Source: a virus
Taxonomy: Duplodnaviria; Caudoviricetes
Virus record (IMG/VR): IMGVR_UViG_3300001528_000580
Coordinates: 32,001-96,000 of that record
Reading direction: 5' to 3' (one strand)
DNA: 64,000 bases
Both the position numbers and the translations under genes were made by a program. Under the pieces are notes generated by a model. The model was not told the origin of the DNA. It saw only the letters and a program-made list of their open reading frames with translations, and did not search any database. Below, piece by piece: positions 11,122 to 23,591 of this stretch. The stretch's first letter is position 1, and each line of letters starts with the position of its first letter.

Positions 11122-11825
11122 ATATTTATATTAATAGACAATTGTGTAAAAATATATCTAATTTTCAGAATAAGTTAAATATAAGGTTTTATTATAACTT
11201 ATATCAAACGAGAAAAGAAAAAGATGCATTTTATTTTGGAACAATTGAAGATATAAAACATTTAGAATCTATTAATAGAGGAATGTTTAGTAATAAAAAT
11301 GATAATATTATAGATTATTTACCATTCATACAAAGAGATTATCTTAATTTTGATGGAGCATTTTACAGAGTGGATCAGCTATCAAAAATACCAAATGGTG
11401 ATTGGTTCTGTAGAAGTAATAGTGGTGATAAAATATTAAGAGGTCAAAGATTAACAAATGAATTGATTGATTATGTTCAAAAAACACTTAAACCAGATGA
11501 TGTATTATATGTAAGTACATATAAAGAAATAGATGGAGAAATGCGTTTTTGGTGTATTGAAAATAATATTATAGAATATTCTTCATATTGTTCAATGGAT
11601 AAAGATGGTAAATATTTTTGGGGAGATATTGATTTATTTTCAGCAATAGATTATGTTCATAAAGTCAATCAATATTGGATGCCATGTAATTTATTTGTCA
11701 TAGATATATGTAAATATAAGGGAGAATATAAAGTTGTAGAATATAATGGTTTTTCTACATCTGGATTTTATAATGCAAATTTAAATAAAATTTGTGAAAA
11801 ATTAGAACAATATTTGTGGAAATAA
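11118..11825 (+). CDS. ATP-grasp domain protein (R2K/DUF4343-like)
   Basis: EMRFWC...FVIDI...VVEYNGFSTSGFY motif series. Confidence 0.7.
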   Translation: MNIYINRQLCKNISNFQNKLNIRFYYNLYQTRKEKDAFYFGTIEDIKHLESINRGMFSNKNDNIIDYLPFIQRDYLNFDGAFYRVDQLSKIPNGDWFCRSNSGDKILRGQRLTNELIDYVQKTLKPDDVLYVSTYKEIDGEMRFWCIENNIIEYSSYCSMDKDGKYFWGDIDLFSAIDYVHKVNQYWMPCNLFVIDICKYKGEYKVVEYNGFSTSGFYNANLNKICEKLEQYLWK

Positions 11826-12672
11826 ATGAATAAAGATATATTAAAACGTTCTATTGATTTAATGAAAGAATCGGTTTGTTTGTTGGTCAATGGTATGCCA
11901 TGCTTCTATAACGATAAACAAACATTCGATGATATTTCAGATGATATTCCTGTATATATAATTATTGATGATTATTTAAATGATGATTGTGCATTTGCAA
12001 TCAAAGTATGTGATATAATAGAAATAGAAATTTTATATACAGCAATAAAAATACAAACAATAAAAACGAGTTATATTATAAATATTTTAAATATAAAAAC
12101 ATTAAATGAGGAATAATTAAAAAATGTTATTAGAAGAAATTTATGAAGGAAAAATTTTTGATTATATATCTGGTTTAAAAGAAAGTTTAAACAATATTTT
12201 AAAAGAACATTCTTTAGATGGTTTTGATTATGTTGATATTGATATAAATACTCAAGGGAAATCATTTGAAATAATTTGTCAATATTTTGATTTTCGTGTT
12301 AGATATGAAAACATAAAAAATGAATGTGTAAAATTGCACAACTGCTTTAATTGTTCAGTTAGTTTTCAAATGAAACCTTGTGATTTTAATAATATTAATG
12401 TATCTCAATTATTTGGTCGTGTAAGACATAATTATGGTATAGGATATGGTTGTTCCAATTCAAAAAAATTATTTAGTTTTAATATTGATAGTTTAGAGTT
12501 AAAAAAATTAATTGAATTATCAGCAAAACAAATAAATTCAGTTTTGTTAATATTAGAGGAACAGATAAATAAAAACAAGAAAAAATATTTATATAATATG
12601 AATAAATTAAAATCAGAATATGCGAATTTGACTTTTCAGAGTTTTGAAGTAATAGTAGAAGATAATATATAA
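11826..12672 (+). CDS. two hypothetical proteins (11826-12116, 12124-12672)
   Basis: Consecutive ORFs in the same operon. Confidence 0.55.
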
Positions 12673-12701
12673 TAAATTAATTTAAAAAAGGAGAATATAT
12701 C

Positions 12702-13196
12702 ATAAAAATTTTAGCGAAAAATGATCTAACCAATGAACAGGTTAGAGCGATTGACGAAAATGGTGTTCAATTGGGCGTTATTTCAATGTATAAGGCGTTT
12801 GAGGTTGCTTTAAGTAGAAACTTGGACTTGGCATTGGTTTCAGAAAACATAAGCCCTAAAGTCGTTCGTATTGTAAATTATGGCAAAATAAAATATGAAC
12901 AGAAGAAGAATAAGAAAAATCAAAAAAGTAATGAAGTAAAAACAAAAGAAATTAAGTTTGGTTTAAATGTTGGAGACAATGATTATAAAATTAAACTTAA
13001 TAAGATTATCGAATTACTTGAAGATAATTGTAAAGTAAGAGTTTATTTAGTATTAAAAGGTAGAGAAATAATACATAAAGATTTGGCTTTTGAATTTATG
13101 AACAAAATAATCAATGATTTAAAAGAGCATGGAAAAACAGAAGATAAACTATCATTAGTTGGTAGAAATATAATAATAAATTTTACAAAGGTGTAA
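12702..13196 (+). CDS. infC: translation initiation factor IF-3 with non-AUG start
   Basis: In-frame extension upstream of the tracked ORF gives NEQVRAIDENGVQLGVIS...LDLALVS...RIVNYGKIKYEQKK...KEIKF...KGRE; AAGGAG at 12688-12693 then ATC/ATA/ATT, no in-frame ATG. Confidence 0.9.
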   Translation: MKILAKNDLTNEQVRAIDENGVQLGVISMYKAFEVALSRNLDLALVSENISPKVVRIVNYGKIKYEQKKNKKNQKSNEVKTKEIKFGLNVGDNDYKIKLNKIIELLEDNCKVRVYLVLKGREIIHKDLAFEFMNKIINDLKEHGKTEDKLSLVGRNIIINFTKV

Positions 13197-13200
13197 CATA

Positions 13201-14908
13201 ATGAATTTAAAAGAATGGAAGATAGGATTTAGAGCATTAGAATTTAATCCTGAAACAGCTATATTAATAAGTAAAGAAAAAATAGGTCATTTAACAAAAT
13301 CAATTTATAAGGATCATAATAATATTTTTGGTTATACCTTTATAAATGAGAAAGGATTAAAAAGAATATCGTTCATAAAGGAATAAAAATATGAAAACAA
13401 AACTTTGTTATTGTGATGAATGTAAGAGAAAAACAATTCATTATGTAGAAAATGATGATAAAGCATTTACAACTTTAATAGGAATATGTACTGCCGGACT
13501 AGTAATTCCAAGAGATTTATGTTATACTTGTTCTATTTGTGGAAATGAGTTTTATAGAGAAAAAGATACTATTTGTGGAGTATTGTAATGGGTTATACAA
13601 CTTACTTTATTGAAAAATTAGATCTTGATAGAGAATTAGATGAAAATACATATAATTTTTTGGTAAAATTTAGTAAAACAAGAAGAATGAAACGCAATGT
13701 AGATTCTGTATATGGAGTTGAAGGAGAATTTTATGTATCAGGTGGTGGAAATTTCGGTCAAGATTTTGAAGATAATATAATAGATTACAATCAACCACCA
13801 GAAACACAACCAAGTTTATGGTGTCATTGGATTCCATCAGAAGATAGGAAACATATAGTTTGGGATGGCGGCGAAAAATTTTATTATTATATAGAATGGT
13901 TAAAATATATTGTTGATAACTTTTTAAAACCACAAAATTATATACTTAATGGTAATATTAAATATTGTGGAGAAGATATTACTGATCTTGGCGTTATTTT
14001 TGTTGTTGATAATAATATTTTAGTTAAAAAAATTGAAGTAGATAATATTTCATTTAAAGATGCAGAAAAATTATTAAATGATAATAGTGAATTTAAGTTA
14101 TATGTAGGATATAATTTAACAGAAAGTTGTGCAATTGAAAATAAAATAGATTGGAAGAAATTAGAACAATATATAAATATAGTTGATTTTAATTATTTTG
14201 TAATTAATCATTCAAATAAAAATAATGAGTGGAATATAAATGATGTTCCAATTGAATTAATATTAGCAGATAAAATAAAAATATATACATTGCCAAAAGA
14301 ATACTTGTAATTTTATTTTTTGATGGTATATTATATATAAAGACGTGAAATTGATTACGTCTATAAACATAAAAGGAATTAAAAAGATGAAAAAAGAAGT
14401 TAAAACAGAAGAATGTATAGCACAATTTGAAGAAGACCCAATGTTTGATTATATACATAGATATTGTTCAGTTGACAATTATACTACTAATGAAGAAGAA
14501 GAAATGTATTATAGAATATTCGGTTTTTTTGACGATGAATTATATACACCAAAAGAAAAAGATTTTCTTGATTTATGCGTTGTTTATCATACAGATGATT
14601 CAAAAAATCCAAAATCTAAATGTACATTTAGATTTTGGAAAGCAGATTGTTATTTACAAATTAAAAATATTCTAAAAGAGAATAAAAGTATTGATTGGAT
14701 TATGAATCGTATCATGTTTTGTGTAGATAATTTTTGTAGAAAAATTGGATACGATGGATTAAAATGCTATATGTCATATAATGGTAAAAAACTAGAAGTA
14801 AAATTGGTGTTTAATTATTTAAATAAAGATAAGCATGAAATAGAATTATTTGTATTCACAGAAAGACCATATTCTGATGTTATGAGAATTGTTCCATTGA
14901 GTATATAA
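13201..14908 (+). CDS. four hypothetical proteins (13201-13386; 13391-13588 Zn-ribbon; 13588-14310; 14345-14908)
   Basis: ORF track; CxxC pairs in 13391; 13588 MGYTT...WCHW...WDGGEKFY looks like a conserved phage family. Confidence 0.55.
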
Positions 14909-14961
14909 AATTATTAAAGGAGTATATATTATTATGCTCCTTTTATTATAAAGGTATAATA

Positions 14962-15576
14962 ATGAATAAAAAATATTTTAGTGCAGTAGGTAAAATTACT
15001 ACTCCACCAACTGTCAAAGATAGAATAGTTGAAGAATTAAAAAAATATGTTACATTTGGTTATATATTAAGATCAGGTGGGGCTAAAGGTGCAGATAGCA
15101 TATTTGCGCAAACATATATGGAAATGGGCGGTAAAGTTGAAATTTATTTGCCGTGGAATGGATATAATGGAAAATTTTTAGGACATGATTATATAAATCA
15201 GAATTGTTGTATTATGGTAACACCAGAAGCATTCAATATTGCATATGAGTTAGATGAAAAGTGGAATGAAAGAATAGAAGCGACTAAAGTTTTAGATGCA
15301 AGAAATGTTCATATATATTGTGGATTTAAAATTGGTAAAGAACCATTGTCAGATTTTGTAGTATATTTTGATGATCATCCAGAGAATAAAGATTCAGGAA
15401 CTCAAAGAGGATTAAAAGTTGCTGATAAATTTAAAATACCTAAAATAAATTTATATCATTATGATATTATTCAATGTCAACATTGTTTAAAGTTTATTGA
15501 TGAATCAAATCGTGATTATCTTAATTGTCCATATTGTTCAAATATATGTGGTGTAACAAAGGATGAGTTATTATGA
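14962..15576 (+). CDS. SLOG/DprA-like Rossmann-fold protein with C-terminal Zn ribbon
   Basis: LRSGGAKGADSIF, EIYLPW, ARN, SGT...A...KIP motifs; CxxC...CxxC tail. Confidence 0.65.
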   Translation: MNKKYFSAVGKITTPPTVKDRIVEELKKYVTFGYILRSGGAKGADSIFAQTYMEMGGKVEIYLPWNGYNGKFLGHDYINQNCCIMVTPEAFNIAYELDEKWNERIEATKVLDARNVHIYCGFKIGKEPLSDFVVYFDDHPENKDSGTQRGLKVADKFKIPKINLYHYDIIQCQHCLKFIDESNRDYLNCPYCSNICGVTKDELL

Positions 15577-15803
15577 TATTTAATTGCCGTGTTTCTCCGT
15601 GTAAAAATTGTGGGATTGACATTGTTAATTCTGAATTATGTGATTTATGTAATAAAGGACATACAAAAGAAGAAGTATATCAAATAAGAATGGAAAAGGC
15701 AAAAAAGGCAAATGAAAAATTACTTAAAGTATTATTGAAAAGAAATAAAAATATAGATGGTAATATAAAATTTGATGAAAATAAATAAACATAGGAAAAT
15801 AAA

Positions 15804-16334
15804 ATGAATACAACAGATGTTTTAAATAAAATTGTTTTTGAAGAAATAAGAGAAAAACTTGACAAATCAAGAATTGGAGTTAATATTATTCAATTAAAAG
15901 ATGGAGAATTACCAATTTTTAAAAAAGATCCAGAATCAACTAGTTATATTATTGGAGAAGATGGTGATAATATATTAACAGTTCAAAAATCTAAAAGACT
16001 ATTTGTACCATTAATGGAAATTGCAACAGAAGATTTAAAAATATCAGATTTTAGTTCTGTAAAAGAATTGATTGATTATGGTTTAAATGAAATTATAAAG
16101 CAAGAAAAACTTTGTTTTGATGCTTTAAGAGAATTTATAAAAAATGATATTGAAATTTTCATTTGTAAAAGAACTGATGTTTGCTGTGTTCCATTTAATT
16201 CAAATGATAAAAAATCAGATGAAAATATTGATAAGATTGTAATGTTTGAAATGGTAGCTATTGCTGCTGATGAAAAGAATAAATTGGTTTTTGATAATTC
16301 ACAAATTGAACTTATAAATAATCTACAATTATAA
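15804..16334 (+). CDS. possible truncated major-capsid-protein paralog
   Basis: QLKDGELPIFKKDP...YIIGEDGDNIL...RLFVPLMEIA resembles large-phage HK97-fold capsid proteins from memory, but is only 176 aa. Confidence 0.4.
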   Translation: MNTTDVLNKIVFEEIREKLDKSRIGVNIIQLKDGELPIFKKDPESTSYIIGEDGDNILTVQKSKRLFVPLMEIATEDLKISDFSSVKELIDYGLNEIIKQEKLCFDALREFIKNDIEIFICKRTDVCCVPFNSNDKKSDENIDKIVMFEMVAIAADEKNKLVFDNSQIELINNLQL

Positions 16335-16346
16335 AAAAATAAGAGG

Positions 16347-17761
16347 ATGAAAATGACAAATATTTTTGAGAATGGAACTAAGGTTTATACTGAATTAACA
16401 AGTGTTAGCAGTAAAAATGGATATAGTTTTTTTCAAGGTATAAAAAATATATATTCTCATTTCTTTGATGAAGATAAAAATTTATATTATATATTAACAA
16501 GTTATCCAATAAGTATATTTGAAACTTGGTCTAAAGATTTAAATATTCCAATAAAACAATTGGAATGCTTGTTGGATCTTACGATTGTACCAGAAAAACG
16601 TGTATTGAAAATTAATGAAGATATTATTGAGAATATGAAAAGAGATGATTTAGATTTGTTGCATAGGATATATATAGAAAAAATAAATGAATAAATATTA
16701 TTTGTAATTTTTGTTTAAGAAAAGTTTTATTTAAAGATAATATTTGTTTTTATGTTAATATTAAAAAAGGAAAAATAGATTCATTGTTGAAAAATAAGGA
16801 AAAATAATTATGGATAACGAAAAAATGGTTAGTGATTATATTGATAAAATTACTGGTGAAGAATATAAAATTTTAGATGACAGAAAATTAACAGAAGATG
16901 AAATGAAATATTTAATTTCAGTAAATAAATATGATGGATTTAAAAAATATAAAATATTTAAACCAGAAATAAATAAGTCATTTTTTGCAATTCAATTATA
17001 TGTAAGTGGTTCTAGTAAAGGTTTTGGTTGGAATTTTAGTTTAAATTTATTCAATCTTCCAAGAAGAATTACAATATTAGAAGATGATTGTAATAAAAAA
17101 TATAGACAAGAATTTGTTGAGTGGAATGATGATGTTAAGAATGATGACAAATTAACTGATGGAAAATATAGAATAGATGAACATTATGTTGCATATGGTT
17201 CTAAAATATGTCCAGATGAAAATGTAACATGTAATTGTGGTTGTTATAATAATAATCCTATATCTGTATTTCCGTGGAATGAGAAAAATAATAATTGGAT
17301 AATAGCTCCAACAATGCAAGAATTGAAATTAAAGTGTGAAATCTTTTTCAAACATTTTAATTTTGACATTATTCAAAGTAATGCTTATAAATATATAGCA
17401 GAAAGAAAAAATAAAATAGATTCTTTATTAGAAGAATATGGAGAATATTATGAATAATTTTTTAAGAGATTATTTAAATCAATTAATTTTTGATATTGAT
17501 GAAATAAATAATAAAATAGATAATATAATAGAAAATCAACCAATTAATAAAAATTGTGAATGTATATTTTTAATTAATCCTAAATATTATAATGAATCAT
17601 CGTCTATTGTTGAACATTTACATGATTTTATATGTGGAGATATTTATAAATTAAAAAATAGAGAAATGAAAGTAATATATTCTAAAGAAGTTCAAACATG
17701 GGGAATTGGATATATAAATAAAGCGTTTATACCAGAATATATTAATAAAAACTATTTTTGA
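16347..17761 (+). CDS. three hypothetical proteins (16347-16694, 16810-17457, 17438-17761)
   Basis: ORF track, RBS-like GAGG/AAGGA/GGAG. Confidence 0.55.
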
Positions 17762-17832
17762 TATTGAATTTCATAATTATTATGCTATATTATATAAAAG
17801 AAAAAATTTCATAAGAATAAGGCATAATAATT

Positions 17833-18342
17833 ATGAATAAAATGTTTAAGGTAGAACTAACATCTGACGAATTAATGTTATTGGATGGAAAAGTAAGAGA
17901 AGAAATTCAAAAAATAATTGAACAATCTAAACTTGAAAAATCATTTGGTTTAGATGATTATTCTAATGAAATTTTGCGCAAGGGCGTAGAAAATGGGAAA
18001 ATAGAATGGAGCTATTGTAAAATATCATCGTGTATGTTTTGTGATAAAAAAGCAGGTTATCATACATTTAGAAGAACAACTAGATATCACAGAAAAGGAG
18101 AAGAAGATATAAAAAATCCATTTACATATAGTGGAGTTAAGCCTTTCTGTGGATTTTCCTTGTAAATGGAGTATCAGGAGTATGTAGTGGTTGTTGGAAT
18201 AGAAAATTTATCCATAAAATATATCAATATATTCTTGATAATGATTTAAAAATTGAATTAACTAAATGTGGTAATTTTGAAACTAAATATTTTAAAGATT
18301 GTTCAAAAATTTGTTATAATTGTAAACAGTTGATGTATGAAA
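17833..18342 (+). pseudogene. Cys-rich phage gene with a frameshift near 18155 and an IS insertion at its 3' end
   Basis: ORF stops at 18165, but another frame continues FLVNGVSGVCSGCW...ICYNCKQLMYE up to the IS end. Confidence 0.55.
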
Positions 18343-18382
18343 TTGACATACTCTCCATGCTAAAGCATTGGAGATTCTAAGG

Positions 18383-19507
18383 TCAGACGGCTGTTGTCGA
18401 TTGACAACAGCCTACCTTAAACGAAGATGCCCCTTCGTTATATATATTAAAACTAGCATTACGATCTCTATCATGATGAGTGGAACATGCAGAGCATGTC
18501 CACTCTCTATCACTTAACTTGAGATCTTTATTTATAAATCCACATTTACTACAAGTTTTGCTACTTGGAAAATAACGGTTGATAAAATATATATTTTTTT
18601 TATATTGAGAACATTTATTTTTAAGAATTTGTAAAAATTGATAGAATCCTAAGTCATAAATTTTTCTTCCGAATCTTTTACTTATAGCTTGTAAATCTAA
18701 ATTTTCAAAAAAGAAGTTATCATATTTTTTAACTAAAGTTAAAGCTAATTTATTATGAAAATCTAATCTTTTATTATAAATTTTTTTGTGTAAACGAGCT
18801 AATTTAATTTTAGCTTTTTTATAATTATTGCTTCCTTTTTTCTTTTTAGATAAATTATTACTTAATTTTCTTAATTTAGCTATGTTTTCTAATAAATATA
18901 ATGGAGATTCTATATCTTCATAATCATTGCTTATTAAAAATGTTTTTAATCCAAAGTCATATCCAACAGATTTATCTGTTTTATCAATAACTTTTTCATC
19001 TTTATAATCAGTAATTACTACAATATAATATTCATTTAAATTATTTCTACTTACGCTTATCCTTTTTACTTTTCCTAATATTTCTTGACTTTTACTATAT
19101 TTATATATCCTATCTTTTATCTTTATTTTATTATTATCTAATATTTTAAAACCAGCTTTTTTTAATATCAATGATTTATAAAACTTACTCTTTTTAAATT
19201 TTGGCGGTCTGCTTTTTATATTTTTCTTTAAATTGCTGAAAAATAATTTATATCCCTTATCGATACGTTCAGTAACTTCTTGTAAAGCATCTATTGGTAT
19301 TTCTTTTAAATAATTGAATTTTTCTGTTTTTTTAAGTTTTGTTAAATGTTTTTGTAATTGATACATATTTAACATTTTATTATATCTTCTATAATATCTT
19401 TTATGAAGTTTTATACAATGATTATACCAATATCCACATACAGTTATCAAATTTGATAACTGATCATTGTTTTTATTTTTGTATAATTTGTATTTATATG
19501 CTTTCAT
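18383..19507 (-). CDS. tnpB: TnpB RNA-guided endonuclease
   Basis: N-terminal KAYKYKLY; RuvC motifs GYDFG, FFENL, DRDRNA; Zn finger CSKC...CSAC. Confidence 0.95.
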   Translation of the reverse strand: MKAYKYKLYKNKNNDQLSNLITVCGYWYNHCIKLHKRYYRRYNKMLNMYQLQKHLTKLKKTEKFNYLKEIPIDALQEVTERIDKGYKLFFSNLKKNIKSRPPKFKKSKFYKSLILKKAGFKILDNNKIKIKDRIYKYSKSQEILGKVKRISVSRNNLNEYYIVVITDYKDEKVIDKTDKSVGYDFGLKTFLISNDYEDIESPLYLLENIAKLRKLSNNLSKKKKGSNNYKKAKIKLARLHKKIYNKRLDFHNKLALTLVKKYDNFFFENLDLQAISKRFGRKIYDLGFYQFLQILKNKCSQYKKNIYFINRYFPSSKTCSKCGFINKDLKLSDREWTCSACSTHHDRDRNASFNIYNEGASSFKVGCCQSTTAV

Positions 19508-19917
19508 TTATCTTTTTGCTCTTCTATATATTTTTTTACTATTTCTAAACTTACTGAACCAACTGTTGATATAAAACAGCTTCTTGTCCACAAACAAGGT
19601 AATTTACTTTTTAGATACGGATATTTGCTTCTTAGATACCTTGCACTAAATCCTTTTATACTACATACCGTTGAAAATATTCCTATTTTTGGATTTATAT
19701 CTAATAATAAATGTACATGATCTTCTAAAACTTCCATTTCTAATACTTTATATTTATATTTTTCTTCATTTAATAGAATTATTTCTTTTAATGACTCGTC
19801 TACTCCATTTTTTAAAATACTTTTTCTATATTTTGGACAAAATATTATATGATATTGACAACTATATTTTAAATGATCTGTACTTTTATATTCCTTTTCT
19901 TTATTTTCAATATTCAT
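19504..19917 (-). CDS. tnpA: IS200-type Y1 HUH transposase
   Basis: YHIIFCPKYRK, DHVHLL (HUH), LWTRS, YIEEQ (catalytic Tyr). Confidence 0.95.
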   Translation of the reverse strand: MNIENKEKEYKSTDHLKYSCQYHIIFCPKYRKSILKNGVDESLKEIILLNEEKYKYKVLEMEVLEDHVHLLLDINPKIGIFSTVCSIKGFSARYLRSKYPYLKSKLPCLWTRSCFISTVGSVSLEIVKKYIEEQKDK

Positions 19918-20123
19918 TTTTAATCTCCATATTATTTTTGAATTCTATTTCTAAATATAATTAATATAAAAAAATATTTAAAAAATTTGCTTTTTTTGAT
20001 TTTTAAGCTATATTATAATATTGGAGTTGATAAAAATTCTTATCCAAGCTAAAGCAATGAACTTCCTTTTTATGGAAAAAAGTGATATAACAACTGGTAT
20101 TATATATAAAGGATATAAAAATA

Positions 20124-22821
20124 ATGAATGATAATGATGAAATAGAATTTACTATAAAATGTAAAATGAAAAGATCATGGATGAATACTTTTTGTTCTTT
20201 TCTTAAAATAATGGAAAAATTTGGCAAATGTGGAATGTCAAGAGATATTATTTTTTATTGTGATGGTGATGGAGACTTTAGACCAAGATTTGAATTGCCA
20301 GAATATAAAACAAAACAGGGAAAACAATATTCAATAAAATTTAATGGCAATAAACATGATTCATATTTTTTTGATGTTGAAAATAAATATGTAGAAGAAG
20401 GTGAATCAGATATTTTATCAATTACTGAAAATATTTTTGCAAAACAATGGTTTGAAACAGAAGAAGAATATCAAAAAAGATATAATAATATTTGTAATGA
20501 TTTATATAGCATAAAAACTCAAGAAGAATTTGATAAAAGAAAGAAAATGTATTTAGAAGAAATGAAAAAATTATTAAAAGAAAGAAAAGATTTCTTGAAT
20601 GATATGAAAGAGTTATCTTCTAAAAATAAAAGGAAATAAAATGAATATAAATATAGCTTATATGAATCTAGATATTGATAAACTATCAATTAATATTTAT
20701 AAAAAAGATAATGTTAAGATAAATAATAAAAAACATAATTTTGTGAATATTAACAACGAAAATGTTGCAATAGGATATAATGAAGAAACAATGTATAGTT
20801 CAAGTAATGGAACATTTTCTCGTTTTGTCATTTCTATTTCATCAAAAAATAAAAGCTCAAATGAATTAGAAGATATGTTAAAAGAAAAAATAGATGATAT
20901 TTTAAGTCAATGTTTGAAGATTTATTCTGATTCTATTTTTAATAGAATGAAAAATAATTATAATTATGGATCTTATTGTTATTAAACAATTGAACATGAT
21001 GAGTTGTTTGTTTATTAATGATAAAATGGAGAATAAAAATGATAGTAAAAAAATGTATTGCAAATTTAAATTTTGAAGATTTTAAACAAAATTATAAAAA
21101 ATTCTGGCATGATTCGATAGATGAAAATGAACTTTGGAATAAAATAAAAAAGTTACAAAAAAATTATCCTTGTAATGAAAATGATAAGGATATAGATAAC
21201 GGTAATACTGGAATAGTTAAATTTACTTTTGATGGAACAGAATGGTTTCCTAAAGTATATATAAATGTTGAAAAAGGTCATATAATTGAACCAAAATCAA
21301 CTGATTTTATTAATATAAGCGATTATGTCAATATGAGAATATGTAAAAATATTGATATGAGTGATATTGAACATACTCTTTTATTGATATATGACATGAC
21401 ATTTTATGGTTGGTCTGATAAAGAAATTGAAGATACAAAAAATATGATTATATTTAGTTAACAGCGGTTTAATATGAATAAATGGCTTAAAAAATTTTTT
21501 AATTTTAAAGATGAATCAAAAGAAGAAATATTGTTTAAATATAAAAATATGGTTGAAGAATTATCAAAAAATAATAGTACAGATATATTTGGTAATTTTT
21601 CTATTGATACATTTGAATTTATTCTTGAAAAAATGATTTTTGAAACTAATCAATCATTAATTATTTTTATTAAAAGTTATGATATGTATTTTGATGATAT
21701 AAAATTGTTTATGTTAAAACAATTGGCAAATAGATTGAAAAATGTTAAAGGCACAATTGAAATTATAACTTTTTATGAAAAAGATAATGAAAATTTAAAA
21801 AAGTTATCAGAAGAATATAAGGAAGTAGTACAATATTATTCTTTTAAGATAAATGATTTAAAAAATAAAGAATTAAATAACTTTCTTGTTTCAGATTTTA
21901 AAAAATATATTCTTGAAGATAGAGAAACATCTTTGTTTTTAAGAAAAGGATTAAATAAAGAAAATAATTTTATACATAATGAAGTTTGTTTTAATGGAGT
22001 TAATAAGGCAAATGAATTAGCTTTATTTTTTTATGAATACAAAAGAAATTTGGAGAAAAATAAATGAGTACACAAGAACAAATTGCACAAGCGTTACATA
22101 TTGAAATAAATGATAATGAAGATCCTAAGTCAAGATTAATTATATGTGTTAAAAAGAAAATTGGTAATGTTGATTTAGATAATGGACATTTTGGATTAAT
22201 ATGCGCACATTCAACTGGTATTGCATTTAATGCATGGGATGGCAACCAACAAAATAATAATTGGTTTACAAATTATCCAAATATAACTTTTAATGATACT
22301 TTTAAACAGGAAGATTTTAATAATTGGAGATATAATTCTTTTAGAAAATTAGTTCTTGAAATGAATTCAGATTTAGAATTTGAAAGAACTAAATCAAAAT
22401 TAATAAGAGATGAAATACCATTTAGAATTTGTGGAGAAATTGCTTTTGGAGATGCAGAGGTCGCAATTGTCATATTCCCACTAACACAAGAACAAACTCC
22501 TAAATATTTAAAATTTTTAAAAGTTTGGAGATAATTAAAATGAAACATTTAATAACATATTCTCTTGATGACAATATATTATTCTTAATTGATGATTATG
22601 ATTCATTTGCCAAGAAAATTATAAATATTAAAACAGAAATTTTAATATATCATAGATTAAACTTTTCTGATGCTAATGTATTATTAAAATTTAAAGATGG
22701 AGAAGAACTATTAAGTAAATTGTGTTCTATTAGATTAACTGATGTTGAATATGAAAAATTATATAAAAATGGTATTGATGAAAAAGAAGAAAGTTCATTT
22801 TATGCACAGATAGGAATATAA
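20124..22821 (+). CDS. six hypothetical proteins (20124-20639, 20641-20985, 21018-21461, 21474-22067, 22064-22534, 22525-22821)
   Basis: Tightly packed ORFs; no recognisable domain. Confidence 0.55.
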
Positions 22822-22824
22822 CAA

Positions 22825-23238
22825 ATGAATATTATATCTTATTCTGAACAATATAAAAAACAATTACTAAATTTAATTAATTTATTTTATAAAGAAACGA
22901 TAGAACAATATAATAAGATAAACATAAATTATATTATAGAATCAAATGACCTTGATAATAATTATTATATTTTACTTGACAATGACATAATTGTGGGATA
23001 TATTAATTATTGTATAGATGAAGAATATGAAAATACAATTATGATAAATCAATTGTTTATATTAAGAGAATATAGGAACAAAGGATTAGCAACTAAATTA
23101 ATAAATAATTTGTTTGAAGAATATAAAGATTTTAATTTTTGTTTAGGGGTTGTTGAATCAAACGAAAATGCAAAAAGATTATATAACAAATTAGGATTTA
23201 ATAAACCAACTTTTCAATTCTTATATAAGGAAAAATAA
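22825..23238 (+). CDS. GNAT family N-acetyltransferase
   Basis: LFILREYRNKGLATKL (motif A) and NENAKRLYNKLGF (motif B). Confidence 0.85.
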   Translation: MNIISYSEQYKKQLLNLINLFYKETIEQYNKININYIIESNDLDNNYYILLDNDIIVGYINYCIDEEYENTIMINQLFILREYRNKGLATKLINNLFEEYKDFNFCLGVVESNENAKRLYNKLGFNKPTFQFLYKEK

Positions 23239-23591
23239 GATATGTTTAAATTACTTGAAAGAAGAATACAGGAAATTAAAGATAGAAATAAAATTATAGA
23301 AAATGAAAATGAGTTAACCGAAATTGATAATAATTTTGATATAATAATAGAACCAATAGTTACTAATTATATGGGATTTAAAACAAAGGTAAATAATAAA
23401 GAATTAGTATTTGAGGTAAATAAACATTTTAATTATTGTGATGTTTTTATAATTAATTTAGATAAAAAAGATTTTAGAGTTTTTATTAAAGTTCCATTTG
23501 GATTAACACTTGAGGACACACTAAAAGAAGCAATTATTAGATTTGCTAAACAATCTTCTGATTTTGTTAACCAATTATATAAATGTAATAT

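Larger units (their letters stand above)
18343..20071 (-). mobile_element. IS200/IS605 family element (tnpA+tnpB, same orientation)
   Basis: Right end on minus strand: hairpin CTCCAATGCTTTAGCATGGAG then GTATGTCAA ending in TCAA at 18343; related left-end hairpin TCATTGCTTTAGCTTGGA near 20043-20060; CCAT just outside the inferred left end. Confidence 0.85.

Noticed and set aside
18383-19507. TnpB as the effector for the Cas12a-like repeats
   Set aside because: It is an ordinary IS-embedded TnpB with tnpA and its own right-end RNA region; TnpB is not known to use Cas12a handles
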